A stretch of DNA of 64,000 nucleotides. Source: Candidatus Uhrbacteria bacterium. GTDB lineage: Bacteria > Patescibacteriota > Patescibacteriia > JACQRZ01. Shown one piece after another: positions 18,732 through 28,186 of this stretch. Within the stretch, counting starts at the first letter, position 1. Each line of letters starts with the position of its first letter. The translations under genes and the position numbers were made by a program. Below the pieces are notes generated by a model, which was not told the DNA's origin, did not search any database, and saw only the letters and a list, made by a program, of their open reading frames with translations. The stretch spans positions 5,174 to 69,173 of the forward strand of contig JACPHV010000032.1 in the NCBI GenBank assembly GCA_016188385.1. The letters run 5' to 3'.

Positions 18732-18760
18732 TTGCCGAGAACATAAAAGTGGAGTATAAT
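18732..18760 (+). promoter_or_regulatory. Sigma-70-type promoter of the dcw cluster (TTGCCG-N17-TATAAT)
   Basis: TTGCCG at 18732-18737, a 17-nt spacer and a perfect TATAAT at 18755-18760, lying ~280 nt upstream of mraZ. Confidence 0.5.
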
Positions 18761-18769
18761 GGTCTATAC

Positions 18770-18794
18770 GTGGTGAAAAGTGGGAAAAAGTGGG
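18770..18794 (+). promoter_or_regulatory. MraZ operator: three GTGG(G/T) boxes with 10-bp phasing
   Basis: GTGGTgaaaaGTGGGaaaaaGTGGGgataa directly downstream of the -10 box, with a further GTGGA at 18749-18753. This matches the known MraZ-box architecture of direct GTGGG repeats with 5-nt spacers. Confidence 0.55.
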
Positions 18795-19035
18795 GATAAC
18801 TCGGGTTTTTTGTGCATAACCTGAAATCCCACAAAAAGTAATACAAATTCCACTCATAAGGCCACTTTTTAAAAAGCATCCCCATGCTTGTCGTGTCCTT
18901 CATTGTCCTCACGTATGGTGAGGTACTGGCAACCTTTGTCCGCTCCTCGCTCTTTCGAGCGAATGCACAGGAGCGGACAAATTGGTTTGCCGCACGTAAA
19001 GATTGATACGAAACAGGGAGTAGGATTTCTTACCA

Positions 19036-19467
19036 ATGTTTATCGGAGAATACTACCATTCACTTGATACCAAAGGCCGTCTCGCGATACCGGTAAAATT
19101 TCGAGTTGAGCTGGAGAAAGGAGCAGTGGTGACCCGCGGGTTTGACCATTGTCTTTTTCTTTATCCGATGAAAGGATGGAATGCTTTAGCTGAAAAAATT
19201 GCCGCCTTGCCATTTAGTCAAGCAAATAGCCGTGCCTTCAGCCGCTTGCTGTTGGCCGGGGCAATGGATGTCCAGATTGATAAACAAGGGAGGGTTATTC
19301 TTCCTGATTATCTGCGCCAGTATGGCGGTTTATCTAAGAAAGTCGTTGTTGCCGGATTATATACTCGGCTGGAAATCTGGGACGAAGCATCATGGAAATC
19401 ATATAAAGCATGCGCGGAAAGCGACAGCAACGAAATCGCAGAAACACTGGGAGAGCTCGGCGTATGA
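19036..19467 (+). CDS. mraZ: Transcriptional regulator MraZ
   Basis: MFIGEYYHSLDTKGRLAIPVKFR...; duplicated MraZ domain (the second copy reads DKQGRVILP). Confidence 0.9.
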   Translation: MFIGEYYHSLDTKGRLAIPVKFRVELEKGAVVTRGFDHCLFLYPMKGWNALAEKIAALPFSQANSRAFSRLLLAGAMDVQIDKQGRVILPDYLRQYGGLSKKVVVAGLYTRLEIWDEASWKSYKACAESDSNEIAETLGELGV

Positions 19468-19476
19468 AGAGCTCCT

Positions 19477-20364
19477 ATGATTTTACATAAGACGGTTCTT
19501 TTACAAGAAGCGCTTCACTATCTTGATGTCAGAAGCAATGAGCATTATATCGACGCGACATTGGGGGGTGGAGGGCATACAGAATCAATTTTGGATCGCA
19601 ACGGCCCGAATGGAAAAGTGATCGCGTTTGATCTTGACGAGGATACTATCATTCGGACGCAAGAAAGACTCAAACGTTTTGGCGATCGGCTCGCAATCAT
19701 ACATGATAATTTTCGGCATATTGCGGCGGCATCCGACTACGATCTGCGCATTTCCGGGATTCTGTACGACCTCGGCCTCTCGACTGATCTGATCAAGAGC
19801 AGCGGACGAGGCTTCAGTTTTTTACGTGACGAGCCGCTTGACATGCGGTTTTCCATCGAGCAGCGACAGACTGCGGCGCATATCGTCAATACCCTCTCGG
19901 AGCAAAAATTAGCAGATTTGATCTATCGTTTCGGAGAGGAAAGGTATTCGAGACGTATCGCGCGAGCGATCGTAGCGCAGCGGCGGAAACAAAAGTTTTC
20001 CACCACCGCGGAGCTTGTGTCTATCATCGAACGGTCGGTCCCTCCGCCGTATCGACGCGGAAGAATTCATTGCGCCACACGTACGTTCCAAGCTTTGCGC
20101 GTGGCAGTCAACGATGAATTGGGTGCGCTTGAGAAATCACTCTCGGATGCCGCTGGATTGCTCAAGGCGGGCGGGACACTTGTGGTGATATCATTTCATT
20201 CTTTGGAAGATCGTATCGTGAAGTTATTTTTCCGAGTCCTCAAACAGCAGGGTAGTGCTGAGATTTTGACCAAAAAACCGGTCATTGCCCAAGAAGATGA
20301 AGTTTCCTTAAATCCGAATGCCCGCAGCGCAAAACTACGCGCAATAAAAATTTTGACTCTTTAA
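19477..20364 (+). CDS. rsmH: 16S rRNA (cytosine1402-N4)-methyltransferase RsmH/MraW
   Basis: HYIDATLGGGGHTESIL SAM-binding motif; dcw context. Confidence 0.9.
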   Translation: MILHKTVLLQEALHYLDVRSNEHYIDATLGGGGHTESILDRNGPNGKVIAFDLDEDTIIRTQERLKRFGDRLAIIHDNFRHIAAASDYDLRISGILYDLGLSTDLIKSSGRGFSFLRDEPLDMRFSIEQRQTAAHIVNTLSEQKLADLIYRFGEERYSRRIARAIVAQRRKQKFSTTAELVSIIERSVPPPYRRGRIHCATRTFQALRVAVNDELGALEKSLSDAAGLLKAGGTLVVISFHSLEDRIVKLFFRVLKQQGSAEILTKKPVIAQEDEVSLNPNARSAKLRAIKILTL

Positions 20365-20374
20365 CCACTCAATT

Positions 20375-20737
20375 GTGTCACCTTCATTTGGAAAAATATC
20401 ATATCGGTTCCAAACTCCTCGATGCGTCAAGGAGAAAAAGGCTGATTTTTCGTCTCAAAAGCTCCAACGTATCAATGGAGTTCTCTGCTTGACTATTTGT
20501 GCGATTGGGGTATGGTATTTGGCACAAATCAACAGTTTGGCTACCAAGGGGTATGCGATCAGGAATCTCGAAAAAGCGATTGCCGAACAGGTGAAGGCGC
20601 GAGAGCAGCTTGAAGTAACCATCGCTAAGGACAGCAGCATATTCGCGCTCAAGCAACGTATGGATGCGTTGCATCTTGTACGATCTGATCGAATCGAATA
20701 TATTAAGCCGCGGCAACCGGTCGCTGTCGCCCCCTGA
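20375..20737 (+). CDS. ftsL: Cell division protein FtsL-like (single TM + coiled coil)
   Basis: TM segment VLCLTICAIGVWYLAQI followed by a coiled-coil segment. Positioned between rsmH and ftsI. Confidence 0.55.
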   Translation: MSPSFGKISYRFQTPRCVKEKKADFSSQKLQRINGVLCLTICAIGVWYLAQINSLATKGYAIRNLEKAIAEQVKAREQLEVTIAKDSSIFALKQRMDALHLVRSDRIEYIKPRQPVAVAP

Positions 20738-20783
20738 CAGCGCCGCCGAGTTGTGAGAGTATCCGTGAAAAGTCAGTGGGGGG

Positions 20784-20826
20784 ATAAAGGCAACCAGCGT
20801 CTTTTCTGTTCGCTGGTTGCCTTTAT
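20784..20826 (+). other. 16-bp perfect hairpin between ftsL and ftsI
   Basis: ATAAAGGCAACCAGCG-tcttttctgtt-CGCTGGTTGCCTTTAT. Confidence 0.35.
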
Positions 20827-20859
20827 GTAATCACTGAACATGTCCGCGCTTGATGACAA

Positions 20860-22791
20860 GTGCTGATATACCATGGTATGCGCATACTGCCGATATCACG
20901 AAATCACCGCCGTAGAGAGTCGCGTCAAAAATCGCCGTACCCCCATGCTCGACTTACTCTATTTCAAGGCTTGATTGTCATGATCGCTTTGTTGTTTGGC
21001 TATCGACTTTTTGATCTTCAGATAATAAGCCACGCGGATTACCGTGCCGCAGCAGATGGTGGATATCTTTATTCAAAAAAACTCATCCCAAAACGCGGTG
21101 AAATTTTTGTGCGAGACTTAAAAGGAAGTCTGACGATCTCTGAAGGCGCTATCAAGCTCGAAGACGGCTCGAAATTGTTTCCCGCCGTTACTAATCGTGA
21201 ATATGCGACAGTATACGCGATTCCAAAACACATCGCAGATCCGGCAAAAACTGCGGAATTGCTCGCCCCATTGCTCGGGTATGTGAATAGTGAGACAGAT
21301 CAGCAACCCACAGAAACGCCGGATGATGACGGCACGAGTCCCAAGCAGGAACATAACAATGAAATGCCAAAGGAAGAAATTGTCGATCAATTGGAGCTTC
21401 TGAAGTCAAAGTTATCAAAACCCGAAGATTTGTATGAGGTTTTGAGGCGAAAAGTTGATTTTGAGACAGTTGAGAAAATTCGAGAACTATCCATCGGCGG
21501 GATTGGTTTTTCCCCGGAATGGTATCGCACATATCCGGAGAAGGGACTGGGCGGACAGCTCTTTGGATATGTCGGTTATCGCGGCGAGGAGCTGCGCGGG
21601 CTGTATGGGCTGGAAGGATACTATAATGAGATTCTGAAAGGCAAAGAAGGATCTCTCCGTCTCGAGACGGATGCGCGAGGCGCTTTGATCCCCATCGGTG
21701 ACAAGCGTGTCGTCGATGCAATCGACGGAGATGATTTGGTATTGACGATTGATCGAACTGTCCAAATAGTGGCATGCGATCGTTTGATGTCTTGGGTCGC
21801 GAAGCATGAGGCCGATGGCGGAACGGTCATAATCCTTAACCCAAAGACAGGCGCCCTACTCGCTATGTGTTCCGTACCTGATTTCGATCCGGAAAATTAT
21901 CGAGAGCATACTTTACGTTCATACAACAATCCTGCGATTTTTTCGCCTTATGAGCCTGGTTCCATCTTTAAACCTATCACCATGGCTATAGGCATTGAGC
22001 TTGGACTCGTTGACCCAAATACAGTTTATACGGATACGGGATCCGTCACATTGAATTCATTTACCATCAAGAATTCAGATTATAAAGCTCACGGTAAACA
22101 GACAATGACCGACGTACTAAACAAGTCGTTAAATACCGGAGTTATCTTTGTCGCAAAAAAAATCGGAATCGAACGGTTCCGAAGCTATGTCAGGGATTTT
22201 GGGTTTGGAAGCCTCACTGGAATTGAGATGGATACGGAGGTTCCAGGCACGATCTCCTCTTTACAAGAGAAACGGGAGATCTATCTCGCCACCGCTTCCT
22301 TTGGGCAAGGGATCACGGTGACGCCGCTGCAGATAGCAAGCGCCTTTGGAGCGCTGGCAAATGGCGGCAATCTAATGCAGCCCTATATTGTAGATGAGAT
22401 TATCAAACCGGACGGCAAGAGGAAGAAAACACAACCCAAAATCATTCGACGCGTTATCTCCGAGCGCACCGCCACATTGGTTGGAGGAATGCTCGTCACC
22501 GTCGTACGTAAGGGCCACGGCAAGCGCGCGGGAGTGGATGGGTACTTTATCGCCGGCAAGACAGGCACTGCTCAAGTGCCGAAAAAAGACGGGCGCGGGT
22601 ATGACCCTCATATTACCATCGGTTCGTTTGTCGGATTTGCTCCCGTGGATGATCCGCAATTCGTCATGCTCGTGAAAATTGATCGGCCCCGATCCGTTCA
22701 GTGGGCAGAGAGCTCCGCGGCTCCGTTATTTGGCGAATTGGCGGAGTTTTTGCTACACTATCTTGAGATTCCGCCCGGGGAAACAGAGTAA
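20860..22791 (+). CDS. ftsI: Penicillin-binding protein (peptidoglycan D,D-transpeptidase FtsI/PBP2-like)
   Basis: N-terminal TM. SxxK (GSIFKP) and KTGTA motifs. dcw context. Confidence 0.85.
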   Translation: MLIYHGMRILPISRNHRRRESRQKSPYPHARLTLFQGLIVMIALLFGYRLFDLQIISHADYRAAADGGYLYSKKLIPKRGEIFVRDLKGSLTISEGAIKLEDGSKLFPAVTNREYATVYAIPKHIADPAKTAELLAPLLGYVNSETDQQPTETPDDDGTSPKQEHNNEMPKEEIVDQLELLKSKLSKPEDLYEVLRRKVDFETVEKIRELSIGGIGFSPEWYRTYPEKGLGGQLFGYVGYRGEELRGLYGLEGYYNEILKGKEGSLRLETDARGALIPIGDKRVVDAIDGDDLVLTIDRTVQIVACDRLMSWVAKHEADGGTVIILNPKTGALLAMCSVPDFDPENYREHTLRSYNNPAIFSPYEPGSIFKPITMAIGIELGLVDPNTVYTDTGSVTLNSFTIKNSDYKAHGKQTMTDVLNKSLNTGVIFVAKKIGIERFRSYVRDFGFGSLTGIEMDTEVPGTISSLQEKREIYLATASFGQGITVTPLQIASAFGALANGGNLMQPYIVDEIIKPDGKRKKTQPKIIRRVISERTATLVGGMLVTVVRKGHGKRAGVDGYFIAGKTGTAQVPKKDGRGYDPHITIGSFVGFAPVDDPQFVMLVKIDRPRSVQWAESSAAPLFGELAEFLLHYLEIPPGETE

Positions 22792-22808
22792 GATTAATTC
22801 ATGAGTCT

Positions 22809-24113
22809 GTGAGTATGAGAAAAAAATTGCTTCAGAACATATTGGCATTTTTTTCAAAAAAAATTCTTGCAAAGTATCACCCGGATGTGATCGGTATTAC
22901 CGGTTCAATCGGGAAGACCTCTACGAAAGACGCGATAGCGCTTGTGCTTTCCGCGCACTTTCGAAGTCGCGCAAGTGAAAAAAATTACAACACGGAAGTC
23001 GGCGTGCCGCTTACCATTATAGGTGTGCGCCATCCGGGACATTCCATTGCAGGCTGGATTATGTTATGTGCGAAGGCGGCGCGTCTTTGCCTGTATACAG
23101 ACGCGGCATATCCTCAAGTTCTCGTATTGGAAATGGGCGCCGATCGGCCGGGTGATATCGCGTATCTCACAGGTCTTGCGCCTTGCAATGTAGGAGTGCT
23201 CACCGCGATTAGCGAAGCGCATCTGGAGAATTTCGGATCACCGGAACAGTTGCTTGCCGAAAAGAGGATCATCTACGAACATCTTGCGCCTGATGCTACT
23301 GCTGTCTTGAATTCCGATGATCCCTATGTATACCCGCCCACAGCTTACCTGCACGCTAAGATGATTACGTTTGGGATGAGCGAAGACGCGGATGTGCGTG
23401 CGGATAGCGTTTTACGCCCCCTTAGATTTATTGAGGGTTCAGAAGAATACGGCGGCATCCGTTGTGTGATCCATCTGAACAGAGAAAGTCAGCAAGCTTC
23501 CTTCCCGCGGATATTTCGGCAGGAGCATCTCTCGTGCGTATTGGCCGCGATCGCTGTCGGATACAGATTTCACATTCCTTTGGACGTGATGCTTGAGCGT
23601 CTGCGTGAGTATGAGGCGCCCCCAGGCCGTTCGCGGTTACTGCCAGGCATCAAACATACGCTACTTATCGATGATACCTACAACGCATCGCCCAAAGCCA
23701 CTCGTGCCGCTCTTGATGCTTTGTTAGGATTTGATATCGGGCCAGACGCGCGCAGGATCGCAGTGCTTGGCGATATGAAAGAACTCGGTTCCTATGCTCA
23801 TGAAGAACACCGCAAGATGGGGGAATACTGCGCTCGCGCCGGCATTGATTTGCTCATTACGGTCGGACCGCTTGCAAAAACCATTGCGCAAGCTGCGATA
23901 GAGCATGGTATGGATACGGAATCGATTGAATCTTTTGACCTTGCGGCGTCTGCTGGGAGATACTTGCAGAATAAGATGAAACGTGGTGATGTAGTGCTCA
24001 TCAAAGGTTCGCAGGATGTACGGCTTGAGCGGGTAGTAGAAGAAGTAATGGCTGATCCGGAACAAGCCGCGAAACTTCTTGTGCGTCAGGAGCCATTTTG
24101 GAGATCATGTTAA
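22809..24113 (+). CDS. murF: UDP-N-acetylmuramoyl-tripeptide--D-alanyl-D-alanine ligase MurF (lacks the N-terminal domain)
   Basis: Mur ligase P-loop GITGSIGKTSTKD. DDTYNASPKATRAAL is MurF-type (DDxYNANP). IAVLGDMKELG. Confidence 0.8.
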   Translation: MSMRKKLLQNILAFFSKKILAKYHPDVIGITGSIGKTSTKDAIALVLSAHFRSRASEKNYNTEVGVPLTIIGVRHPGHSIAGWIMLCAKAARLCLYTDAAYPQVLVLEMGADRPGDIAYLTGLAPCNVGVLTAISEAHLENFGSPEQLLAEKRIIYEHLAPDATAVLNSDDPYVYPPTAYLHAKMITFGMSEDADVRADSVLRPLRFIEGSEEYGGIRCVIHLNRESQQASFPRIFRQEHLSCVLAAIAVGYRFHIPLDVMLERLREYEAPPGRSRLLPGIKHTLLIDDTYNASPKATRAALDALLGFDIGPDARRIAVLGDMKELGSYAHEEHRKMGEYCARAGIDLLITVGPLAKTIAQAAIEHGMDTESIESFDLAASAGRYLQNKMKRGDVVLIKGSQDVRLERVVEEVMADPEQAAKLLVRQEPFWRSC

Positions 24114-24118
24114 TGTAT

Positions 24119-24193
24119 GGCCTCATCGTCTAGTGGTTAGGACGACAGGTTCTCATCCTGTAAACCGGGGTTCGATTCCCCGTGGGGCTACCA
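24119..24193 (+). tRNA. tRNA-Glu (anticodon CUC), CCA encoded
   Basis: Cloverleaf folded by hand. Acceptor stem GGCCTCA/TGGGGCT, anticodon stem ACAGG/CCTGT with loop TTCTCAT, T-arm CGGGGTTCGATTCCCCG, then discriminator A + CCA. Confidence 0.8.
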
Positions 24194-24218
24194 GTACAAA
24201 GAGTATGTTCTTGATGGC

Positions 24219-24884
24219 ATGAAACAACTCATAACAATTTTTTTACTCTTTATTGCGGGAGGAGCTCTTCTGTTTTCAAATAATATGTTCGGATTTTTTG
24301 ACAAAAACTCACAGTCGGCTGAAGAAAAATTTTGGAAGTGGTTTGTGGCAAATGAACAGATGCTATTTTCATTTCAAGAAAATCAGGATCAGGTTTTTGA
24401 TATGCTCACCAGTGAATTATCCAAAGTGAACAAAAATCTCACGTTTGAATTCGGTCCGGTCCGTGAGCAGAAGCGAGAATTTGTCATCAGCGCTGGAGGT
24501 ATTCGTGACACGTTTCCTTTTGTTGAACGTCTGGCTACACAAGCTCCGCCATTGGAAAAGTGGAAAATCACAAAATTTCGACCGCGGAGACCCCTTTCTG
24601 ATACCGTGATTGATTTTAAGGGGAAAACTTTTTCTCCGGACGATATATTCTTCAAGCTACACGATAGAGACGGGAAGATTGGCATTCAACTTTTTATCAA
24701 AGGGTACAATGAAGATAAAGATGTATTTGACGAACTCGTTTTTATTTTTTTGGACGCGGCGCTTGGAGAATATGACGTGGAGACAAAAGTCGCTTCCATT
24801 GATTTTTTTGACACCGATACCAGCGATTTTGCCAATGCAAAGCCCATGACTGAACTTGCAACCGACTTTGACGCAATGCAGTAA
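24219..24884 (+). CDS. Hypothetical secreted/membrane-anchored protein (221 aa)
   Basis: N-terminal hydrophobic segment LITIFLLFIAGGALLF; no family motif recognised. Confidence 0.45.
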   Translation: MKQLITIFLLFIAGGALLFSNNMFGFFDKNSQSAEEKFWKWFVANEQMLFSFQENQDQVFDMLTSELSKVNKNLTFEFGPVREQKREFVISAGGIRDTFPFVERLATQAPPLEKWKITKFRPRRPLSDTVIDFKGKTFSPDDIFFKLHDRDGKIGIQLFIKGYNEDKDVFDELVFIFLDAALGEYDVETKVASIDFFDTDTSDFANAKPMTELATDFDAMQ

Positions 24885-25040
24885 GTTAGGAGGCGACGTC
24901 AGGAAGAATGGGTACTTGACAGACTGCCACCGCCCTCATCGCTCTCAAGAGAGAGTTGCAGCGTTCATAGAGCTATGACGCATTGGATAACAAAAATAGG
25001 TTCGGATTTGGTTGTATAACCATAGCAAAATATTATATAG

Positions 25041-25080
25041 GGGCTTTATAAAACAAGACCGCCGGACAGGAATGGCGGTC
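25041..25080 (-). terminator. Rho-independent terminator (minus strand)
   Basis: On the minus strand, stem GACCGCC-attcctgtcc-GGCGGTC is followed by TTGTTTTAT, ~40 nt downstream of the minus-strand ORF ending at 25119. Confidence 0.55.
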
Positions 25081-25118
25081 AAAACGCGGGATCGAGGAAC
25101 AATCGAGGGAAAACAGAA

Positions 25119-25800
25119 CTAGCGGCAATGAGGGTGGCCTCTTTGCTGGCGGTAGATGCCAATCCACTCGCGGTAGAGCTCTTGCAGCTCCTGCAAGTGG
25201 CGACAATTCTTGAGGAGTGTCTCGGTATGATTCGAATTAATCAGAATCAGCACTTCCTCCGCGAGCACCTCCGCTCTCGCGAATTTGGAGAGAAATCGCT
25301 CAACGATGTCGCCGAGCCCTTTGTCCAATGCGCAGTGCAGCGCAGGGTTTCCAGGTAATGCCTCTTTAACCCTCTGCACAAAATGTACCGGATAGGATTC
25401 CGGTTGAACGTTCATCTTTTTCCTCCACTTTTTTGAGGCAGTCAACAGGGACCGCCATACTCACCCCATCTGCTGTTACTATCTCCGGTCCTCGACCGAT
25501 ACGGACAGAATACCCTTCAAGTCGACTGTATAAGCCGATCTCGCCCGTGGTATGTCCGATCGCACATTTTATCAAGGAACGCCGTTGTACGTGGTCAGTG
25601 TATCTTTCTTTAAGCACAACTTTGGTATTGCGCGGAAATTCTCGCGCAATTGCTTCTTCCACTATATTCATTGAGCCAACGCCTCCTTGGCCGACACTAT
25701 AGCATATGAATGTTGGCAGTCCAGTTTTCATGCAAACTATCTTGATGCAAACATCATAAAAACCTCGTTGACCCGCAATAGGTAAAGTGGTATTCTGCAT
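25119..25800 (-). pseudogene. Possible frameshifted gene (two ORFs, 25366..25800 and 25119..25445, overlapping by 80 nt in different frames)
   Basis: The two minus-strand ORFs (144 and 108 aa) overlap by 80 nt. Family unknown. Confidence 0.35.
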
Positions 25801-25803
25801 ACT

Positions 25804-26745
25804 ATGCGATCCGCTATTTTATTTATCGCGTTTGTATGCATGTTCGTTTTTTCACTGCCTGCATACGCGCAGCAGAAGTTTGAATTTGATGTTGCCGCCT
25901 CGGTGGGAAGCATTACTTTCGTGCCTCCGCAGATTAAAGCAGGTGAGTCGTTGCGAATTTATGGTACGATTGTAAACGTCGGCGAAAAAGATCTTACGGG
26001 TCACGTCGGCTTTTATCAAGGAACATTTCTGATTGGCGAACCGCAGCCTTTTTCCCTGAAAGCAAATGGAGTGCCTGAAGAAGTATGGGTAGATTGGATA
26101 CCGCCGGAAGGTACTTATAATATCATGATGACGATCCTGCAGACAAAACCGGAAGATCAAAATCCCTCCAATAACGTTTCCTTAACCCCCCTGCTTACCG
26201 TCAGAAAACCCATCGCGCCGCCGGTAGCGCCGTTGAAGCAAGTACCATTGCCCTCCACGATCAGTGCTGTTGAACCTGTCCCGTCTTCGGTATCTGAACC
26301 GTCTGTTCCGACCGTAAAGATCGAAAAAGTTCAACCGACTACAGTATCAACGCCGCCAATACGGCAATCATCGCCCATCAAGGCACCTACAAATGCATCA
26401 TCAACGATCAAAGAGCCAACCGATACGAAGCAGGAGCAATTATCAAAAACACAGGCAATTCGGGAAGTCCCGATAGCGGAGGCAACGAGTACAAACAGCA
26501 TGGCAACGACCACTGAACCGACTCAACTGCTCGTACAACAGTATTCAGAGCAGCTAAAAAAATCAGCGCAAGAACGTATCGAATCTTTTGCAGATGAGAA
26601 TCCCGCGGAAGAAGTCGCTCCACAGAATAACGGCACAGTGTCGGATGAGGGACTGTCAAGCGGCTTTATCATGATTGGGTCAAGCGCGGCGGTGGCGTTT
26701 CTATTGATAGGACTACTCTTTTTTAAGCGGAGCGGGATATTGTGA
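25804..26745 (+). CDS. Cell-surface protein: signal peptide, P/T/S-rich linker, C-terminal TM anchor
   Basis: Signal peptide AILFIAFVCMFVFSLPAYAQQ. The low-complexity middle is Pro/Ser/Thr-rich. The C-terminus is GFIMIGSSAAVAFLLIGLLFFKRSGIL. Confidence 0.55.
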   Translation: MRSAILFIAFVCMFVFSLPAYAQQKFEFDVAASVGSITFVPPQIKAGESLRIYGTIVNVGEKDLTGHVGFYQGTFLIGEPQPFSLKANGVPEEVWVDWIPPEGTYNIMMTILQTKPEDQNPSNNVSLTPLLTVRKPIAPPVAPLKQVPLPSTISAVEPVPSSVSEPSVPTVKIEKVQPTTVSTPPIRQSSPIKAPTNASSTIKEPTDTKQEQLSKTQAIREVPIAEATSTNSMATTTEPTQLLVQQYSEQLKKSAQERIESFADENPAEEVAPQNNGTVSDEGLSSGFIMIGSSAAVAFLLIGLLFFKRSGIL

Positions 26746-26758
26746 TAAGTATCATTGT

Positions 26759-28186
26759 ATGAAGAAACAAGCAGATATCGGAATGATCGGTTTGGCAGTC
26801 ATGGGGCAGAATCTCGTCTTAAACATGGCTGATCATGGCTACACGGTTGCCGTATATAATCGCACAGTGGAAATAACGGATGAGTTTCTAGATCATGAAG
26901 CGTCCGGCAAGCCAATCCTTGGAGCGCGTTCCGTCCAAGAACTCGTTTCACAGGTGCAAAAACCTCGCAAGATCATGCTCATGGTTAAGGCGGGTGCGCC
27001 GGTTGATGCGGTGATTGAACAGCTTCTCCCCTTTCTTGATAACGGCGATATCATCATTGATGGCGGAAATTCCTTTTTCAAAGATACGATACGCAGGCAG
27101 AAGTATCTCGAAGGGAAGGGATTACGTTTTATCGGAACAGGCGTCTCGGGAGGGGAAGAAGGAGCACGGCACGGCCCATCCATCATGCCCGGCGGATCGG
27201 CATCCGCATGGCCGGAGATAAAAAAAATCTTTCAGGATATATCCGCGAAAGTAGGACCGAATAATGACGTGCCATGTTGTGACTGGATCGGACAGGACGG
27301 CGCGGGGCATTTTGTAAAAATGGTGCACAACGGGATCGAGTACGGCGACATGGAATTGATCAGCGAAGCATATTTTGTATTAAAGACGATCCTCAACAAA
27401 TCTCCTGATGAAATGGGAGCGCTCTTTGAACGATGGAACGAAGGAGTGCTCGATTCCTATCTCGTTGAAATCACCGCCGCCATTTTACAAAAACGCGATG
27501 ATATGTCCGGCAATTACTTGATTGATATGATTCTTGACAAGGCCGGACAAAAGGGCACAGGAGTATGGACATCGATCACAGCGCTTGAGTTGGGGGTGCC
27601 GATACCTACGTTAATGGAAGCTACTGTCGCGCGCGCGGTCAGTGCCGCAAAAAAAGAAAGACTTGAGATCGTGAAGAGTCTCGGAGCTCCGAACGGGAAA
27701 AAGGAAGTTCATGATCCAAACGCGCTCATTCGTTCGCTGCATGACGCCCTCTATGCAGCGAAGATTCTTTCGTACACGCAGGGCTTTCAGCTGATGAGAG
27801 CAGCTTCGGATGAATACGCATGGAATCTTGACTACGGGCGCATCGCCTATCTCTGGCGCGGCGGTTGCATTATTCGCGCCCGCTTTCTCGAACAAATAAA
27901 ACAGGCATTTGATGATCATCGCGATCTTAAGAATCTCATGCTTGCTCCGTATTTTTCCCAGACTCTTTTAGCCGCGGAAAAGCAGTTGCGGGACATCGTA
28001 TGCACGGCAACACAGTCCGGTGTTCCCGTTCCGGCATTTTCATCCGCACTTGCATACTTTGACGCGTTTCGCACAGAAGTGCTGCCCGCACATATGATTC
28101 AAGCCCAGCGAGATTATTTCGGAGCGCATACGTATGAGAGGATCGATCGAGCGGGAACCTTCCATACCGAATGGACGAAACCGTAA
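26759..28186 (+). CDS. gnd: 6-phosphogluconate dehydrogenase (decarboxylating)
   Basis: N-terminal Rossmann motif IGMIGLAVMGQNLVLNMADHGYTVAVYNRT; full-length 6PGDH. Confidence 0.9.
   Translation: MKKQADIGMIGLAVMGQNLVLNMADHGYTVAVYNRTVEITDEFLDHEASGKPILGARSVQELVSQVQKPRKIMLMVKAGAPVDAVIEQLLPFLDNGDIIIDGGNSFFKDTIRRQKYLEGKGLRFIGTGVSGGEEGARHGPSIMPGGSASAWPEIKKIFQDISAKVGPNNDVPCCDWIGQDGAGHFVKMVHNGIEYGDMELISEAYFVLKTILNKSPDEMGALFERWNEGVLDSYLVEITAAILQKRDDMSGNYLIDMILDKAGQKGTGVWTSITALELGVPIPTLMEATVARAVSAAKKERLEIVKSLGAPNGKKEVHDPNALIRSLHDALYAAKILSYTQGFQLMRAASDEYAWNLDYGRIAYLWRGGCIIRARFLEQIKQAFDDHRDLKNLMLAPYFSQTLLAAEKQLRDIVCTATQSGVPVPAFSSALAYFDAFRTEVLPAHMIQAQRDYFGAHTYERIDRAGTFHTEWTKP

Noticed and set aside
18718-18912. 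64-aa minus-strand ORF in the mraZ upstream region
   Set aside because: It sits in the promoter/leader region containing the TATAAT box and GTGGG MraZ boxes. There is no RBS context, and the region is better explained as regulatory.
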